NCBI RefSeq assembly: GCF_037042905.1
Contig: NC_087245.1
Location: forward strand, 15,750,001 to 15,814,000
From: Lytechinus pictus
Lineage: Eukaryota
Direction: 5' to 3'
DNA length: 64,000 nt
Shown here: positions 13,285 through 27,233 of the stretch, piece after piece
How the letters are laid out: every line of letters begins with the position of its first letter
Position numbering within the stretch: the stretch's first letter is position 1
Notes under the pieces: generated by a model
Databases searched by the model: none
Seen by the model: only the letters and a program-made list of their open reading frames with translations
Told to the model about the DNA's origin: nothing
Made by a program: the position numbers and the translations under genes

Positions 13285-15185
13285 TAAATGGTTATCATCA
13301 GAATCTGCTATGCTGTCATCACCAGGGTATATGGTAATTTATCATCAATATCTACTCTCTTTGGTAGATGGTAAATTATCTTCAGAATTTACTATCTTGG
13401 AACATGTTTAATTACCATCAGAATTTACTATCTTTGGTAGATGGTACATTATCATCAGTATCAGGTTGATAAATATCTTTAGAATTTAATATCTTTGGTA
13501 AATGGTACATTATCATCAGTATCCACTGTCTTAGGTTGATAGTAAAATATCTTTAGAATATACTATCTTTGGTAGATGGTAAATATCATCAGAATTTGCT
13601 ATCTTTGGTAGATGGTAAATCATCATCAGAATTTGCTATCTTTGGTAGATGGTACATTATCGTCAGTATCCACTGTCTTAGGTTGATAGTAAAATATCTT
13701 TAGAATATACTATCTTTGGTAGATGGAAATATCATCAGAATTTACTATCTTTGGTAGATGGTAAATCATCATCATAATTTACTATCTTTGGTAGATGGTA
13801 AATGATCATCAGAATTTACTTTCTTCGCTAGATGGTACATTATCATCAGTATCCACTATCTTTGGTAGATGGTAAATTATAATCAGAATTTGCTTTATTG
13901 GGTAGATTGTAAATCATCTTTAGAATATACTATGCTGCTAGATGGTAAATAATCATCAACATCCACTGTCTTTGGTACATGTAGGTAGTAAAATATCATC
14001 AGAATTTCCTGTCTTTGGTATAAATTGTTAATTGTCTTCAGAATTTACTATCAAGGTAGATGGTTAAGTATTATTAAAAATTCACTCTCTTTGGTAGATG
14101 GTAAATCATCATCAGTACCCATCGTCTTTGGTATGTTGTAAATTATCTTTGGAATATACTATCTTTAGTAGATAGTAAATGATCATCATAATTTTTTTTC
14201 TTTGGTAGATGGTACATTATCGTCAGTATCCACTGTCTTAGGTTGATAGTAAAATATCTTTAGAATATACTATCTTTGGTAGATGGTAAATATCATCAGA
14301 ATTGGCTATCTTTGGTAGATGGTAAATCATCATCATAATTTACTATCTTTGGTAGATGGTAAATGATCATCAGAATTTACTTTCTTCGCTAGATGGTACA
14401 TTATCATCAGTATCCACTATCTTTGGTAGATGGTAAATTATAATCAGAATTTGCTTTATTGGGTAGATTGTAAATCATCTTTAGAATATACTATGCTGCT
14501 AGATGGTAAATAATCATCAACATCCACTGTCTTTGGTACATGTAGGTAGTAAAATATCATCAGAATTTCCTGTCTTTGGTATAAATTGTTAATTGTCTTC
14601 AGAATTTACTATCAAGGTAGATGGTTAAGTATTATTAAAAATTCACTCTCTTTGGTAGATGGTAAATCGTCATCAGTATCCACCGTCTATGGTAGGTTGT
14701 AAATTATCTTTGGAATATACTATCTTTAGTAGATAGTAAATGATCATCATAATTTTTTTTCTTTGGTAGATGGTACATTATCATTAGTATCCACTGTCTT
14801 TGGTTGATAGTAAAATATCTTTTTACTTTACTATCTTCGGTAGATGGTAAATTATTATAAATATCCACTGTCTTTGGTAGATGTTAAATTATCATCAATA
14901 TCCACTGTCTGTGGTAGATGGTAAATTATCATCAGAATTTGCTTTCTTTGGTAGATTGTAAATTATGTTTAGAATTTACTATACTGGTAGATGGTAAATC
15001 ATCATCAATATCCACAGTCTTTCGTAGATAGTAAATTATCATTAGAATTTCCTGTCTTTGGTATAAATGGTTAATAATCTTCAAAATTTACTATCTAGGT
15101 AGATGGTTAATTATCATAAAAATCCCTCTCTTTGGTAGATGTTAAATCATCATCAGTATCCACTGTCTTTGGTAGGTTGTAAATT
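13285..15185. repeat. 37-bp tandem array (~50 monomers) with ~560-bp higher-order repeat
   Basis: Consensus TTTGGTAGATGGTAAATTATCATCAGAATTTACTATC. Near-identical blocks start at 13641 and 14201, and a more diverged one at 14762. Degenerate monomers extend upstream to ~11740. Confidence 0.95.
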
Positions 15186-17210
15186 ATGTGTTGAGATTTT
15201 TTTCTCTTTTGATGGATTATTTTCAAGTTATTAAATGATGACCAGTATTTTTTTGCAATGTTTTCAGCAAACAGGTACACAATGAAAAACATTTTAATTA
15301 TTTCAAATAGGATATGAATGATCAAAGTAATGCATTTCCATGTCCAGGTTATAATGCAGGAAAGTGTACATTTTAACAACTTTTAAATGATTATACCTAC
15401 GGCGTAGGATTCTGGTGTATAATATCATGTGTGCTTTGACATTGGTTGCCCCTTTTGAGTTGGCGGGGAATAGGGGAGCGAGGGGAGGGGGGGGGGGGGA
15501 CTGGACGCTTTGAATCGTCCTGTTTTTATTCTGTTGGAGTTCAAGCAGACTGGATTGTAGTCGGTCCCGCGGTAGAGGGTAGTCATATTTCTTTTCTATT
15601 ATCGATTGAAGAACCTGTAATCATTAGCCAGAATAATAAAGGACGGAGAGGACACATCAATAACAACATAAGCCAAAGAAAACTCCCTAGAGGGGAGGAT
15701 AAAGCATACCCCGATCACCAATCTCCCCGAGACACTGATTTTCCTTGCATCTTTCTTCAGCGATATCGCCGTAAACATAATGGTCGTTCATTTCAGCACT
15801 TTGATTTCTTTTCAACGATTGAGATATATGTTTGCTCTCCTGGGTAGTTAAGTGAGGAGCCAAATCGGAACGCAGTGTCCGAGTCAAGAAAAGTAATTTA
15901 TCATTCGGGAAAAACCATGATAAATGCCGGCATATATACCCCGGGCGGAATTTGTAAGAGAAAGAATGAAACCAATGGTGCAGTTATCCGTCTTTCTTCC
16001 ATATTTTATTGTCAAGGTACGTTTGATCTTAAGGGATACCTTTCACCTGACACCGATTTTATAACAATCGACGATTTCACGGTTGATCAGGATATGGATC
16101 CGTACAAAAGATGTAAGCAAATCTGCAAACGAGTTAGACTAATTTTACCCGACGTCATAACAGCCACATAATACACCTGTTTTTCGATAGCTTCTTCGCA
16201 TTACCAATGTTTAGAGTGCCAATATAATTTTAAAGATTCATTTCATGTTGTGTCCAAATGAATAGAGGTCTATCTCGTCCTTTTAATGGAATGCCCTTAT
16301 TTCAAATGGATATGAGAACATGATTTTTTAAAGAAAATTAGTAAAGAACAAACTTCTAACAAAAAGTTGATATCAAAACAAATCATCTTCATCCTTAACA
16401 TCAGCGCTACACACCATAACTACTATCACCATCACAAAAATTTATCGTCATCGCCGTTGTCTACAACATCATCATCATCATCATCAGCGTCATCATCTAC
16501 GACGTCCACGGCAGGAAAAAGCCAACAACCACCAACAAAAACTATATGAATAAAATAAAGAAAAAACATAAAGAGAAAAACAAATAAAAGGAATAAAGTA
16601 GTGCGTTCTTTCCTATTTTTGCGAATTCGTATTTATAACTAAACAAATAATTTCCTGACTCAAACTTTGTAAAGGATGTATATGATAGAGCAGAATCTGG
16701 AAGTTTGTAGGGTTAAATTTGTTTGGATGAGCATTTTATTTTGTTGAAGGTGATTAGACGTGCGGAAGAACCCGAAAGTCGGTTTCGAGAAACGATACTG
16801 ATTTCATAAGGGAAATTTTTAATTTTATTCAAGCGATAAATGCCAGTATCGTTAACATCTAAATAGAACTCATTCGTCTATTTAATCAGTCTAACTCACA
16901 ATTTAGAATAAATGAATAAAGTCTGATGTTTATTATCGTTGTCAGCACTCGGCCTTATTCTGTAGACCATAAGCGTGTCAAATAGTGATAAATAACTCCA
17001 GCATTGCCCAGTTGTTAACGAAGCTCTAGTCAACAATCTTGTCGGCCACATCAGATTATGTTGCCACATTTTAACACATTTGGTGTTACATGCTGGCTGT
17101 ATTTTGGGGTAGTGATGTTCAAAATTAATACGTACCACCCTGAGTTAGCCATCATAGAATAACTCTAAACAGAAACCGAGCAAACTAGTCATCGATAAGT
17201 GGAACGCGAT

Positions 17211-17445
17211 AAAAAATATTGGGTAAAATTTTAGCCAGCACAAGAGTAATTAAGTGTCCAACCAATTTGGGGCAGTATTTTGCCCAATGTGGGAAGCATA
17301 TTGTCCAGTAAGGTTAAAGAATAAGCAGCAATTACTTTAGAATGGGAACAATTTTCATCATACTGGATAAATAAAAATGCCCAATGTTGGCTAGACACAT
17401 AATTACCCTCATGGAGCATTTTTACCCAAGTTTTTTTCTAGAGTG
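17211..17445. mobile_element. Decayed CACT/AGTG-type MITE
   Basis: aaaaaatattgggtaaaa is inverted relative to ttttacccaagttttt; ends in AGAGTG-TA; shares ttgggca/accaat motifs with the 59265 element. Related partial copies at 12323-12474 and 12761-12927. Confidence 0.6.
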
Positions 17446-18083
17446 TATACACTGCTTAAATAATAATTTTGTACCAAATAATTCTGGTAGAACATGAGTA
17501 ATTATGTCAGGGATCAGTCCTTTAATATACGATTAGAAAAACTGTACATGGTTTGTAGATGCTTTTTTTCGTTATATCACGAAATTTGGGTTGATAAATT
17601 TATATCTTGAACTTAAATAATTGATGATGTGATTATTTTATTTTTGCTTTGAAGCTATCCTCCTAAACTATTGCTTATTGTGACTACTACGATTTTTCTT
17701 TAAGATCAGTAAATAAATCATTCATGAGTGGTTACTCTGTAACAGCAGTTTTTTAAGGTCCACTGAAAAAAGCAAGCCGCGTTTCACAAAGCTGTTCATT
17801 AGTTATGCACAACTTACGCACTACACGAATAAACAATGTCTATGAGAATTACAAAAGTTGAAGTTGTAGATTATATATATTGTTCTTGTTGTTAACAAGT
17901 ATTTGAATTTTAATATGTTCCTAATGTGATGTGGGTTATCGGAGATTCAGCAGAGTTTTCACAGCCTTTATTTCAAGCAACAGCAAAATGAACTTTGTCT
18001 TTCTCAGAAGAACATTTCGATAGTCTACACTATTAATTTTCTAATTTAATGCTGTAATTTCATGTTCTCTTTGTCAATGGCAG

Positions 18084-18137
18084 ATCAGGGCTGAAAGAAG
18101 ACTTCACAAAAAGAACTTGTCACTTGCGTCTGTCTCG
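18084..18137 (+). other. Candidate non-coding 5' UTR exon (54 nt)
   Basis: Branch-like ctaat at ~18041, acceptor ttctctttgtcaatggcag|, donor TCG|GTGAGT. Confidence 0.45.
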
Positions 18138-21100
18138 GTGAGTACCATCATTTTTTGTTGTAGAAAGAACCGCGTATTCTAATGAACATAGAAAACAGAT
18201 CATAATGTGCACGGGTACTATCCCTTTATTGGAATCACTTTAAGTATCATCCTTAGAGTGGTAGAACATCGATCAATGTTCTCCAGCTTCGTTGAATTGT
18301 TTTATTCAACAGTTCAACTTCCTTTACTCGTTCTTTTTATGGTAGGTAAGTAAGGTGGTAGGTAGGCAAAGAGAGAGACACTGAGAGAGTAAGGGGAGAG
18401 AGAGTGAGAGAGTGAGAGACACAGGGGAGGGGTGACAGAGAGAAGGGGGGGTAGACGGAGATGTAGGGTACAGAAATGATGGGGTACGAACCGACAATGG
18501 TATAGATTCACTCAGTATAATATGGAATATATATAAGTACAACAAAAAATTGTTTTGCAATTTAAGGATTAAAAAAACTGGGGACAATGCAATGTTATTC
18601 CATTTTCTAAATTGCTCATGGCTCGCATTCGTGTTCAAAAATTAATTTTCTTTTCAAACATATCTTTAAGCGAAAGATAAGGAATGTAGTCATTATACAA
18701 AACTCTTCTCATTTCCTGTTACATTTTACATATTCACTTAAAGGAAAGTAATGCATAATGAAATCACTTCGATCATGTTTAGGGGATTTCCCGATTTTTT
18801 ATAATTCGTCTTCCATATCGGACCTCCCAGCAAAATGCCTGGAGCGCATTTATATTTAGTTTCGTATTTGGTAATGTTGGATGGAATCTGTTTTTTTAGT
18901 GTGAATTAGTTTAAACTAGAATTTGAATTTCATTTCATTTGTAAACCGAAATTTCCATATATCATTAAGCAACCGGAGATACCATTTAATTAGTTATATC
19001 ATTTTCAGATGAAATACTAGTAGTGCACTCTACAATGATTAGCCTAAGGACACTTTCACGATTCTAATAAAATCAACTGGTTTCTTGTGCAGTTTCATGT
19101 AAAGTTATAATGTCCCGCGAGAATTCACTACTCTTTTATTTGTCACATGCACCCGCTCTAGTTTTAAAGTCATAAAACATTTTAACCGGATCATTGGATC
19201 CCAAATGTGTCAATCTGATTCTAGTGAGAATAACACGGATCTTGTTAAAATGTCTTAGATTACAGGAATGGATAAAAAGGATTTAACTATGGTAATTCTG
19301 GCTTTGTATCAGAATCTGCAGGCAAAGCAATGACTAGGAACCGATCTACTATAATGGATCCTGCATAACACGGATCTTGTTGAAGTGATTCTAATTACAG
19401 TAAAGAATACGAAAGATTTGTTTTAACTCTTTGGAACTCCCCCTTCTTCGCTCCGTGAAATAAAAAAAAATCTTCAAATCGTCCCCTCAAAACTCAACAA
19501 ATTTGTAGTAATTACCTTTCTTGGATGAGCCTTCGCCTAAAAATGTTTTTTTTTAACACTAATTATATAAAAATGGCGCAATATGAGTACTGTGGACCAT
19601 CATCAACATTATGATACTGCACCCCCATCTTATACTTTGAACCCCTAATTAGAAGACAGAAGGTATACCATTTCATTTATCTCAGCCGGGGATCGAACCC
19701 ATGACCTTCTTATTAATGTTTTTTTTCCTGGAGCAATACGAGTCCATTGATATTTTTACCATGATCACTGCGTAGTTATCGATTATATTCAACACGTTTT
19801 TACAAATTTTATCATTGATAGATTCTCACAGAATCAACTTCAAAAATTTAGAAAAAAAATGATAAAAAAAGTGTTCCTCTACCTTTGATTTTGCCAGGTC
19901 GGTCGGTTCCCTTTGAACCAGGGTTCTAGGAAACTCGGTTATGGAAATTGACTCTGTCTTCTTGCCTGTCCAACGTAATAATTTGCATCCGTCGCCTTGG
20001 AAACGAATGTTATCGATAGTCCCGAGAGTATCGATAGGGAAATTGGTCAATCTGTTTGTGGTTCTGTATTTGAAAGTTTGACACATTTTCGTTTGTTGGT
20101 TTATTTTTTGTATCTCAATAGGCTGCGAACTTGCAGATGCTATCGTTGCCGGTTATTCACTTACGAAGTTTTATGAAATGGGTTAGTGATTCTTCGAATT
20201 ATTGTAAGATAGCTAATTAGGTGTGACATTTCTTAAATCGGCAGCAGGAATTGTGAACACTAATCTTGAAAAAAAAGGAGAAAATTAAGGATATTTGGGA
20301 ACAAAAACTAATAAAAGGGAGGGAGAGAAAAAGAGACAGAGATAGGGAGAGAGAGAGAGAGAGAGAGTGAGAGAGGGGGGAGGGAGGAAGGGAGGACACA
20401 TGGATGGATGTTTTCACAGTAATAAGTTTGGGCCGTAAGAAGTTTGGAACCTCTTGAAACGTAAGTGTCTACATCTGAAGGGCATTCATAATACAAAAGT
20501 GTCAAGCGTTTATCACATTTGTCACAATTGCTTGGTTTAAGGAATGAAATAAAAACAAAATCTAAAAATTCCTATTAAAAAGAGCTCTATTGGGATTAGC
20601 TTATCCTAAGCTTTACTGTAGTCACTTGCTAACAAACATTTTAGAAAAATGTGTTCCCTTTGCTTAAAAAATATATTTGCATAGAATTGAAATGATCTAT
20701 AAAATAAAAAAATTGTAAATTACACTGCACATACCATACAATTTAATAATAAACAATATAATTTCGTCCAAACTTTATGAATACAAATAAAAGAGGAACA
20801 AAAACAAGAAAATAAAGTCGCCTCTTGGCGCCGCCTTTGATAATTTACTAGGTACAATGATATTTGCATTCCTAAACCACTTTCTCAAGTAGGCCTATAT
20901 TATTTTATGCTTTTTCCCCAACGCCCAGTCTTACCCTATAATATGGATAAGGCATAATATTGACAGTGGTCGGGAGTTGGGCTCCATCAAAACAGAGAAA
21001 AAACAGAAAAAGGTATTCTTTTAAAATAATTGCTTTGTATGTCTCAGAAAAAATGATATGCAGACGATTCCACTTTTACAACCCGAATGTCAGACCTATT

Positions 21101-21808
21101 GTAAGAATACCCCACCCTTTCAGTAAACCTCATGTAAGTACAATGACAGTGCTTAAATACTTTTCCTAGTTCATTACCACGAATCAGTTCGTAGAAGTTC
21201 TTTTTCCATTTAAATTTCAGGCATTATAGAAAGTTAGAATTTGAATGGAATCTTTATGGGATATTCCTGATTCCGAGATAATTTTAAATGAAAAAGGCCA
21301 CCCCTTCCCTAAATCGGTGAGTAGTTATATCCTGAAGGCACATCGTACTATTTTTTTATTGCGCTCCATGCACGTGACCTCACTAGCACTTGATATTATG
21401 AGGCGGTTGCCAGGGACGCAAAAACACCGACTCCAATAAATCTGCAGTGATACAGACAACAACTTTAAGTCTTTATTCCGAGACAGCTTCATTAGAAGAG
21501 TGAAACACGATGTTAAACCCAGACAGTAAACCAAGCTTCAGTGAAAACACAAATGAAAATAAAGATCTTAGTTATAAGATGCGAACATTTTTCTTGACTT
21601 TTTTTCTCTCGTGCCATGCATATCTGCATCATTAATGTGAATACGATTAATTACAAAAAATAGGAAAACACAGAGATGAAAAATAATGAATTTACTCGAC
21701 GATGGTGATAATAATGATGATGATCATGAGGATAATACTAATGAAAATTGGCATCGTTATTTGTTAGTGGTTGTCGGTGGCTTAAGTTATAATGATAATG
21801 ATACTATT

Positions 21809-21839
<31 letters not shown>

Positions 21840-23830
21840 TAATGCTACTCCTAATATGAATAATAATGGAAATAATGATAATAACAAAGTTTATGTGATC
21901 TACAATAAGGATAATAATCGTGACAATAAATAAAGGTAATTACGAAGTTATGGAAGCAGCAACAAAAAACAACAAGTCAACAAGTCTAATTCTTGAAATG
22001 AAATGTGAATCATGTGTAATATCTGTACCAGACTTAAACTTTTCAAAGACTGTTGTTAATTGGGCCATGCACACTTGAAGTTAAAGTTCTACAGTTTCAG
22101 TCTTCAAGGTAGCGTCATTCACGGAAGGCATCTCTCCGTTTTCCCTAATTGATGTCAAAATCACTACTTCAAAATCAAATTCGATTTGAAGAAAAATAAT
22201 GAATGTAGAAATCTGGGGACGATATTTGACCTGTTTCCCTTGGCAATTATTATCGAGTAACACCTGCACCTGTCAAGAAAAGATAAAAATATAGGTGCTA
22301 TCATGATATCAGGTAACTCAAGTCACCATTGGAAATATGATACCTGCATTGCCTGATGAATGCCGCAATATTGACGACGATAGTTAAAAAGACTTTACTT
22401 TATTTCTTTACTTCTTGCAAATAATTTGTACATCTCGCATTCTCTTTCATTTTAGTAGAGCCAGTGAGCCACACACTCATTTTGTGTAAGAGTGTATCCG
22501 CTTGATTTGACACATTTGAGGATAAATCGCATTCTGGCGTGCATCTTTATCCTTGAACAAAGAAGTTTATGTACGTCGCTTTATAAATGAAGAATATAAA
22601 TTGCGCTTATGTGGCTCATTGATTGATTCCTCGAATGAAATGCCACAACAAAGATTACTGGCAAGTGATCATAAGGTCTTAATGTAATTTGTTAAAGAAA
22701 TGTGATTATGAGTAACAAAGAGTTCACCTACGCCATGCATTTTCATATTATTTTGAAAGGTGTGGAAATTATAAAACTGAAATTGAACGGAAAATGGGCC
22801 GGGTGGCGTATTTGGCACCAATCCAAAAGACTAGCCGCCCCTCAACTTGTTAAAGTTTTAGTTAGTGCCGATCTGGCACAATTGATTTGCAGATGACCAC
22901 TGTGACAGAGGTTTGAAAGTTATCAGAGGTGGACATGCAAATGAGTATGTAAGATGTTAGATGCAAAATGCACTCAAAAGTATCTATGAATGTAATATAG
23001 CCTCTTGCAATAACGTAATTCCTTCAAGATCATTCCCTTTTTATCATCTTAAAACCCATCCACCGTCCCGAGCGTTCATCTAGGTTCATCGGCTTCTTGA
23101 GTTCTCAACAAACTATTGGTTTGCCTTCTGCTTTACGCCATTACCATCGAGTATTGGGGGCATCAATTACTAGAGGACATCTTCCTTTCCACTCTTCAAA
23201 CAGGACTGCCGTTAAAAAGAAGCGTTCTGGTTGCATCTCGCTCGGAGTTTTTAAAAAGAACCAACTCCTCACCGCAACACTAATGGACTGAGTAACTCGA
23301 AAGACAAACATAATCCTTACTGACACTGACATAGAACAAAACAAAAGAGTCAATAGTCTAGAATGCATTATTTTTATGACGTTTCAGAGTTTTAAGGGCA
23401 GAGTTTAGTGACCATGCTTCTTAAAATTTTCAGATTATATCATGTAGCATTAGCATATTGATCATAATCTCGTTCCACTTTCAGACAAGATAGTTCTCGT
23501 ACGGGAGTCGGACATACGGGTATTAAAGTCAATCGATCGCATCCGAATGATATTTTTTAAAATTGATATCTCATTTTAGTATATTGCAATGATGGCTTGG
23601 GCATCTTTTTCAGACGATTATCCCTGTATGCCTCTGAAACATACTCTCACGTACATGGAAAATTGGGTGGGGCTTATTCGTGACGTGTGTTTTTCGTTCA
23701 ATACCAGTATTTGACAGTACCGATAAGTATAACATGATGCACAACGCCCGCGCGGAATTTCATATTGCGCAAGGAATGAGCTTTGCATGATTATACCATG
23801 AAAATAAGTCCATGATTATACAAAGCTTTA

Positions 23831-24372
23831 AAGCCCCCTCTCACCTGACCGAATGTAGGCGGACGAAGGGTGACGAATGGGAAAAATTAACGAAATGCAC
23901 GTGAATTCAACGAATTCAAATAATATTTCAGTCAAATCATGTGATCAGTATCTATTTTCAAATTTTATCAACAAACGGTAAGCGAAGGATAAATATGACA
24001 TGCGAAGGATATCGATTTTTCGGTTCACCTCTTTGAGAAAATTGCGGCCGAAGGCGAGCGAAGGGTTGATATAACCCAATAAGACGAACGAACAGTGAGC
24101 AATGGTTTGATATGGCGTGCGATTAGAAACGAAAACGAGGGAATAGATCGGGCAATCTTGTTCGTTGTGTCATCGTGTTGCTTCGTTAGGGTTCTTTCGA
24201 GATCGGTCCACTTTGGCAAAAGCACGATGAGGGACTATGCGCGACAATAAAACACGAACGATAAACTAACAATTACCGCAGACTAGATAAGAGATGCGAA
24301 TTCAAACAGATGACCAACGATTTCTCAATTCGTCGGGAAATTTTAAACATGTTAAAAATTTCCGCGCGAATT
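23831..24372. mobile_element. Truncated non-autonomous DNA transposon (Harbinger-like end)
   Basis: Starts tta-aagccccctctcacctg; cgaa/gacgaa-rich interior; ends at palindrome aattcgtcgggaaattttaaacatgttaaaaatttccgcgcgaatt (24327-24372). Confidence 0.45.
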
Positions 24373-27142
24373 TGAATAATTGCATACTTTAACTACCATG
24401 CCATACAAATTCAAAACAAAATAATTAGTTTAAGATATTTTGTTATCGCCGCTGCTATAACACTGTAAATTAAGGATCGATCGATATAATAAACATATAC
24501 CGCGATTTTTTTACTATGCATACACTGATAAAAAAGAACATAATTACTTTGTTTTGATTCTATTTGGTGATTTTTCTTGCCAGTATTCCTAGTCTTGTCC
24601 TTGAACGTCACAAACTCTGATGGACGAACCGACGTGATATATTTTTTGTCAACATTTATTATTTTGGACGGAAGCAGAAACGGGAGGGTCTCCATAATCA
24701 ACTCACCTCTCCTTTACTTGGGTGACTTGATGAATGTCCCTAATTAGAAAGTATTGCTTACAATTCATTGACAATGACTTCATTATAGGGGTAACAACAT
24801 CACTCACTGATTTGGATGGATGAGGAATGGCGGGAAAAAACGCGCGAAAATATTTACACGCTAATAAATTAAGTCTGCCTCGCATGCATGCATAGTCATG
24901 TATTGAGAAGTTTACCCGCTTTGCTTGCGAGTTGCACTGTCGGGAATCTTGAAGTCAGTTTATTGAATCGCCGACCATTCATTCTGATGTGTTTGCTTTG
25001 CCGTCTACTGTGATCGATTGTTTGTATAATTGCCGGACACTTATTTAACTCCATGCTTTCATGGAAAGGCAACGACGTGTAAGGAATAAAAGGGGGAAGA
25101 AGTGAGGGGCAGAGTCCAATTAGAACCCTAAAAATACTAATTTGATGTTATGGTTAATCCATGGGGTGATTTTCATTGTTTTTAGAGATGTGGGGGTAGT
25201 GGCGTCATAAGCGAAGAATACGCAGCCACAGGAAGAATAGGAGGAAAAACATGAGGTACAAAAAAGTGCAAGTAAAATATCGCCGAACATTTCCTAACGA
25301 TTATATGCTAAAACGAGGAGAAGGTAAATTGCATATTCCTATATATCCCTTGCAACGATTAAAAAACATCACACTTAGCTAATTTTCTTCATGAAACTAT
25401 ATAATAATTCGTGGTTGTGAGGGGGGGGGGGCTGCCAACCACTTTCTAGTTTCTAACAGATTTACGGTAACAAAAGCATGTCTATTGCTTGGGCACATGG
25501 AGTGAATGGAAATGAATCAGTAGAAAAGCACCCATTATACGTTGTTGTCCCAGGTAACTGCCTCAAATATTAGATATTCCAAGAAAAATGGAAATTCATG
25601 TTCAAATATTTTAAGCAAACATACCTTACATGTCGTGGTAACCTCTCATAGAAGGATGAATGTATGGAAATAAAAAAGACAATAAAGAAGGCGCAGAACG
25701 AACATCATTAAAAAATTATGTCCTTAATTTTAGACAATCCTCTCTTATTTTTCATCAGAGGAAAATTGATCGATTCTATGAGTATTTTCGTTTAAAAACT
25801 AAAACAAATCATTGTTTATCCAGCTCAATTCTTTCTAAATGTGTCAAAGGCTCCATAACACACTAAGAAACAATTTCAATAATGGCAGTGACCGATGTTC
25901 ATTGTTACATGCTTATTCTGTTGAAAGGACAGACCAGAGACTCATTCGAATTGTTTCAAATTTGCAATTCATAGCAGCCTTGGTGCTAAGGAGCCTATCA
26001 AATGAATTGAGGGAAAATGAGATGAAGGAACTTAAAGATACGGATGTAGTTAAACGGGAGTCTTTTAGGAGGAGGAGGAGTATCTCATATTAAACACCAT
26101 TATACTAAGCCCCCATTCACGGGAAATGAAGACTTAGGTTTTATTCACCTAAAGTTACATCGCGAATTCGCATTTTTTTTTCTCATCACCGACAGCATTG
26201 CTTATTCAGTCCACCTGATTTCTTTTACTACCTGAACATTTCAGACTCCTTCATCTTGAGAAACAAAGTGACATGTTACCTCCAGCAGGACAATACATAT
26301 TGCATTATCTGCCATGCCCTCTGCAATGGGGAGGCACGGAGCATCGGAGGAAAAGTCAACAAAAATGCTCATACGGTTTCAACTCATTTCATGCTTCATG
26401 TTCCTGACATGATGTTTTTTCTCTCTACATGATAATTACAAACGGTTTATTTAGTTAAAATCAAGTAGACTCCGCGGATGCTCAAATGGGGTGGGGAAAT
26501 TTGATTTAATTGGAGCTGAGTGATTTCGTATCGTCTGTCGCGCCTTAATTATCAATATGTACATTATTATTCATTGAATAAACTTTTGATTTAACGTGTT
26601 ATTGGAAATGGGAATGGGGACTGATTGTATTGGGAATGGATCTCGTGTTTAATCTTCTCTTTGAGTGTGACATAAATTCAGACAGATTGCGTCGAACAGA
26701 GAAGCAAATGGAAGTGTAATTATTCCCACACTGCCCATGGTGATTGGAATTCATCTATCATCAACAATGATGAGGCCGAATGTCCTACATTTATTGATAC
26801 ATTTCTGATCTAGGATTTTACAAATCCAATTATCACCGAATGAGGACATACTGATTTACAGTTCAGTTTCACTTTTGCTGTTATTTTACAATATAAGATT
26901 CGTTATTTGAAGGTGTTTAATAGGGACTATTTTTGACAAAGGAAAAATGTATTTAGAAACTGGAATTTAAAATAACTGAGCAACACTGATTTATATACCT
27001 CATAATAGGCAGAAGAACGCAATTGAATATTGGTCATTATTAATGATTTTTTTTTTGGGTCTCACAATATGAAAGTTATTGTTACACCTTAGTTCTAACA
27101 TGACTTGCGTGTTTACATATTTTCTTGTAATTGACTAACATG

Positions 27143-27233
27143 TGATGATAATGATGACGATGGTGGCGGTGGTGATGATGATGGTGGTGGTGGTGGTGGT
27201 GGTGGTGATGATGATGATGATATGGACGGTGGT
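27143..27233. repeat. (TGG/TGA)n trinucleotide microsatellite
   Basis: Directly visible; explains the poly-His ORF. Confidence 0.9.

Noticed and set aside
13285..15185. CRISPR array (37-bp palindromic repeats)
   Set aside because: Monomers are head-to-tail with no unique spacers, there are no cas genes, and the context is eukaryotic.
13285..15185. Hammerhead ribozyme or C/D snoRNA array (CTGATGA on the minus strand)
   Set aside because: No GAAA core or three-stem junction; no separated C and D boxes with guide regions.
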